Source: Syncephalis fuscata S228 (lineage: Eukaryota; Fungi; Zoopagomycota). From it: DNA of 64,000 bases. The notes under the pieces are model-generated. The model was given only the letters and a program-made list of their open reading frames with translations, was not told the origin of the DNA and did no database searches. The stretch's first letter is position 1. Each line of letters starts with the position of its first letter. This document shows positions 63,582 to 64,000 of the stretch, in pieces. The translations under genes were made by a program, and so were the position numbers. The stretch covers positions 682,001 to 746,000 of the forward strand of contig JAHLTZ010000003.1 of the NCBI GenBank assembly GCA_025786725.1, written 5' to 3'.

Positions 63582-64000
63582 ATGAATATAATAGTACGAG
63601 GTCGACCCTTGACTCGACAGCTTGCCCCTTGTTGGACGGCTGCGTCGTCGGTTATTTATCAACACTTACTGCTCATACGAGTAGTAGACCACGCGTCTAT
63701 TCAGTGGCAACAAATACTACTGCTACTACTGCTACTGCTACTACCAACACCACTTCAGATCGTGCTAAGCCACTTATTTTTGACAATCGAGGTCCGTCTT
63801 TACAGGATTTTATACTTAATGCGCAGTTGAAATCAAATGAAGCAACGGAACTGGAGACTGCAGCCGTCTCTCCTGAGGCTATCCCCTATTTGGAGCCACC
63901 TAGTCAGGCCATAGGTGCTGGTTCTAAGTACTATATTGAGATTTATGGCTGTCAAATGAACTTTAATGATACAGAAGTACTTATTGCTGTTATGAATAAA
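63582..64000 (+). CDS. CDK5RAP1/MiaB-type tRNA methylthiotransferase, 5' part only, one apparent -1 frameshift in the presequence
   Basis: The frame ending at 64000 reads GPSLQDFI...IPYL...KYYIEIYGCQMNFNDTEVLIAVMNK (UPF0004 GCQMN motif). Arg-rich mitochondrial-type presequence from ATG 63582. Confidence 0.85.

Noticed and set aside
1-64000. tRNA, rRNA, CRISPR arrays, U12-type introns
   Set aside because: I found no cloverleaf with T-loop consensus, no rRNA-like blocks, no regularly spaced repeats and no RTATCCTT donors at exon boundaries. This was by eye and not exhaustive.

Overview
Eukaryotic, intron-rich nuclear DNA from an early-diverging fungus. The gene content and the expanded F-box-like family suggest Zoopagomycota such as a Syncephalis-like mycoparasite (inference, not a database result). 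About 20 protein genes in order: WOPR/Gti1-Pac2 (5' end only), P2C Na,K-ATPase-like pump, UBA3, TMA20, GSH1, selenocysteine lyase-like, GCP5, F-box-like A, secreted PI-PLC-like, SRV2/CAP, RPS12, FLX1, PARN, bHLH factor, F-box-like B, CHL4/CENP-N, ERG24, NDC80, SEN1, CDK5RAP1/MiaB (5' end only). Main observations: (1) A 6.6-kb non-LTR retrotransposon with a 17-bp target-site duplication and (TAAAA)n tail sits antisense inside a conserved GSH1 coding exon. Its ORF1-like RRM/CCHC/coiled-coil module is fused in one frame to APE and RT, with RNase H following after one apparent -1 break. (2) The RPS12 locus has an intronless CDS flanked by non-coding introns. A 3'-UTR intron holds a canonical C/D' and C'/D box snoRNA. 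The 5' leader holds a long hairpin with an RPL30-like kink-turn that covers a 5' splice site, a candidate eS12 autoregulatory switch. (3) An F-box-like paralog pair shows a sharp 1-kb gene-conversion tract. (4) A foldback-type AT-rich repeat occurs in three copies. About 13 single-base (-1) frameshifts in otherwise intact ORFs are most likely consensus-sequence errors.
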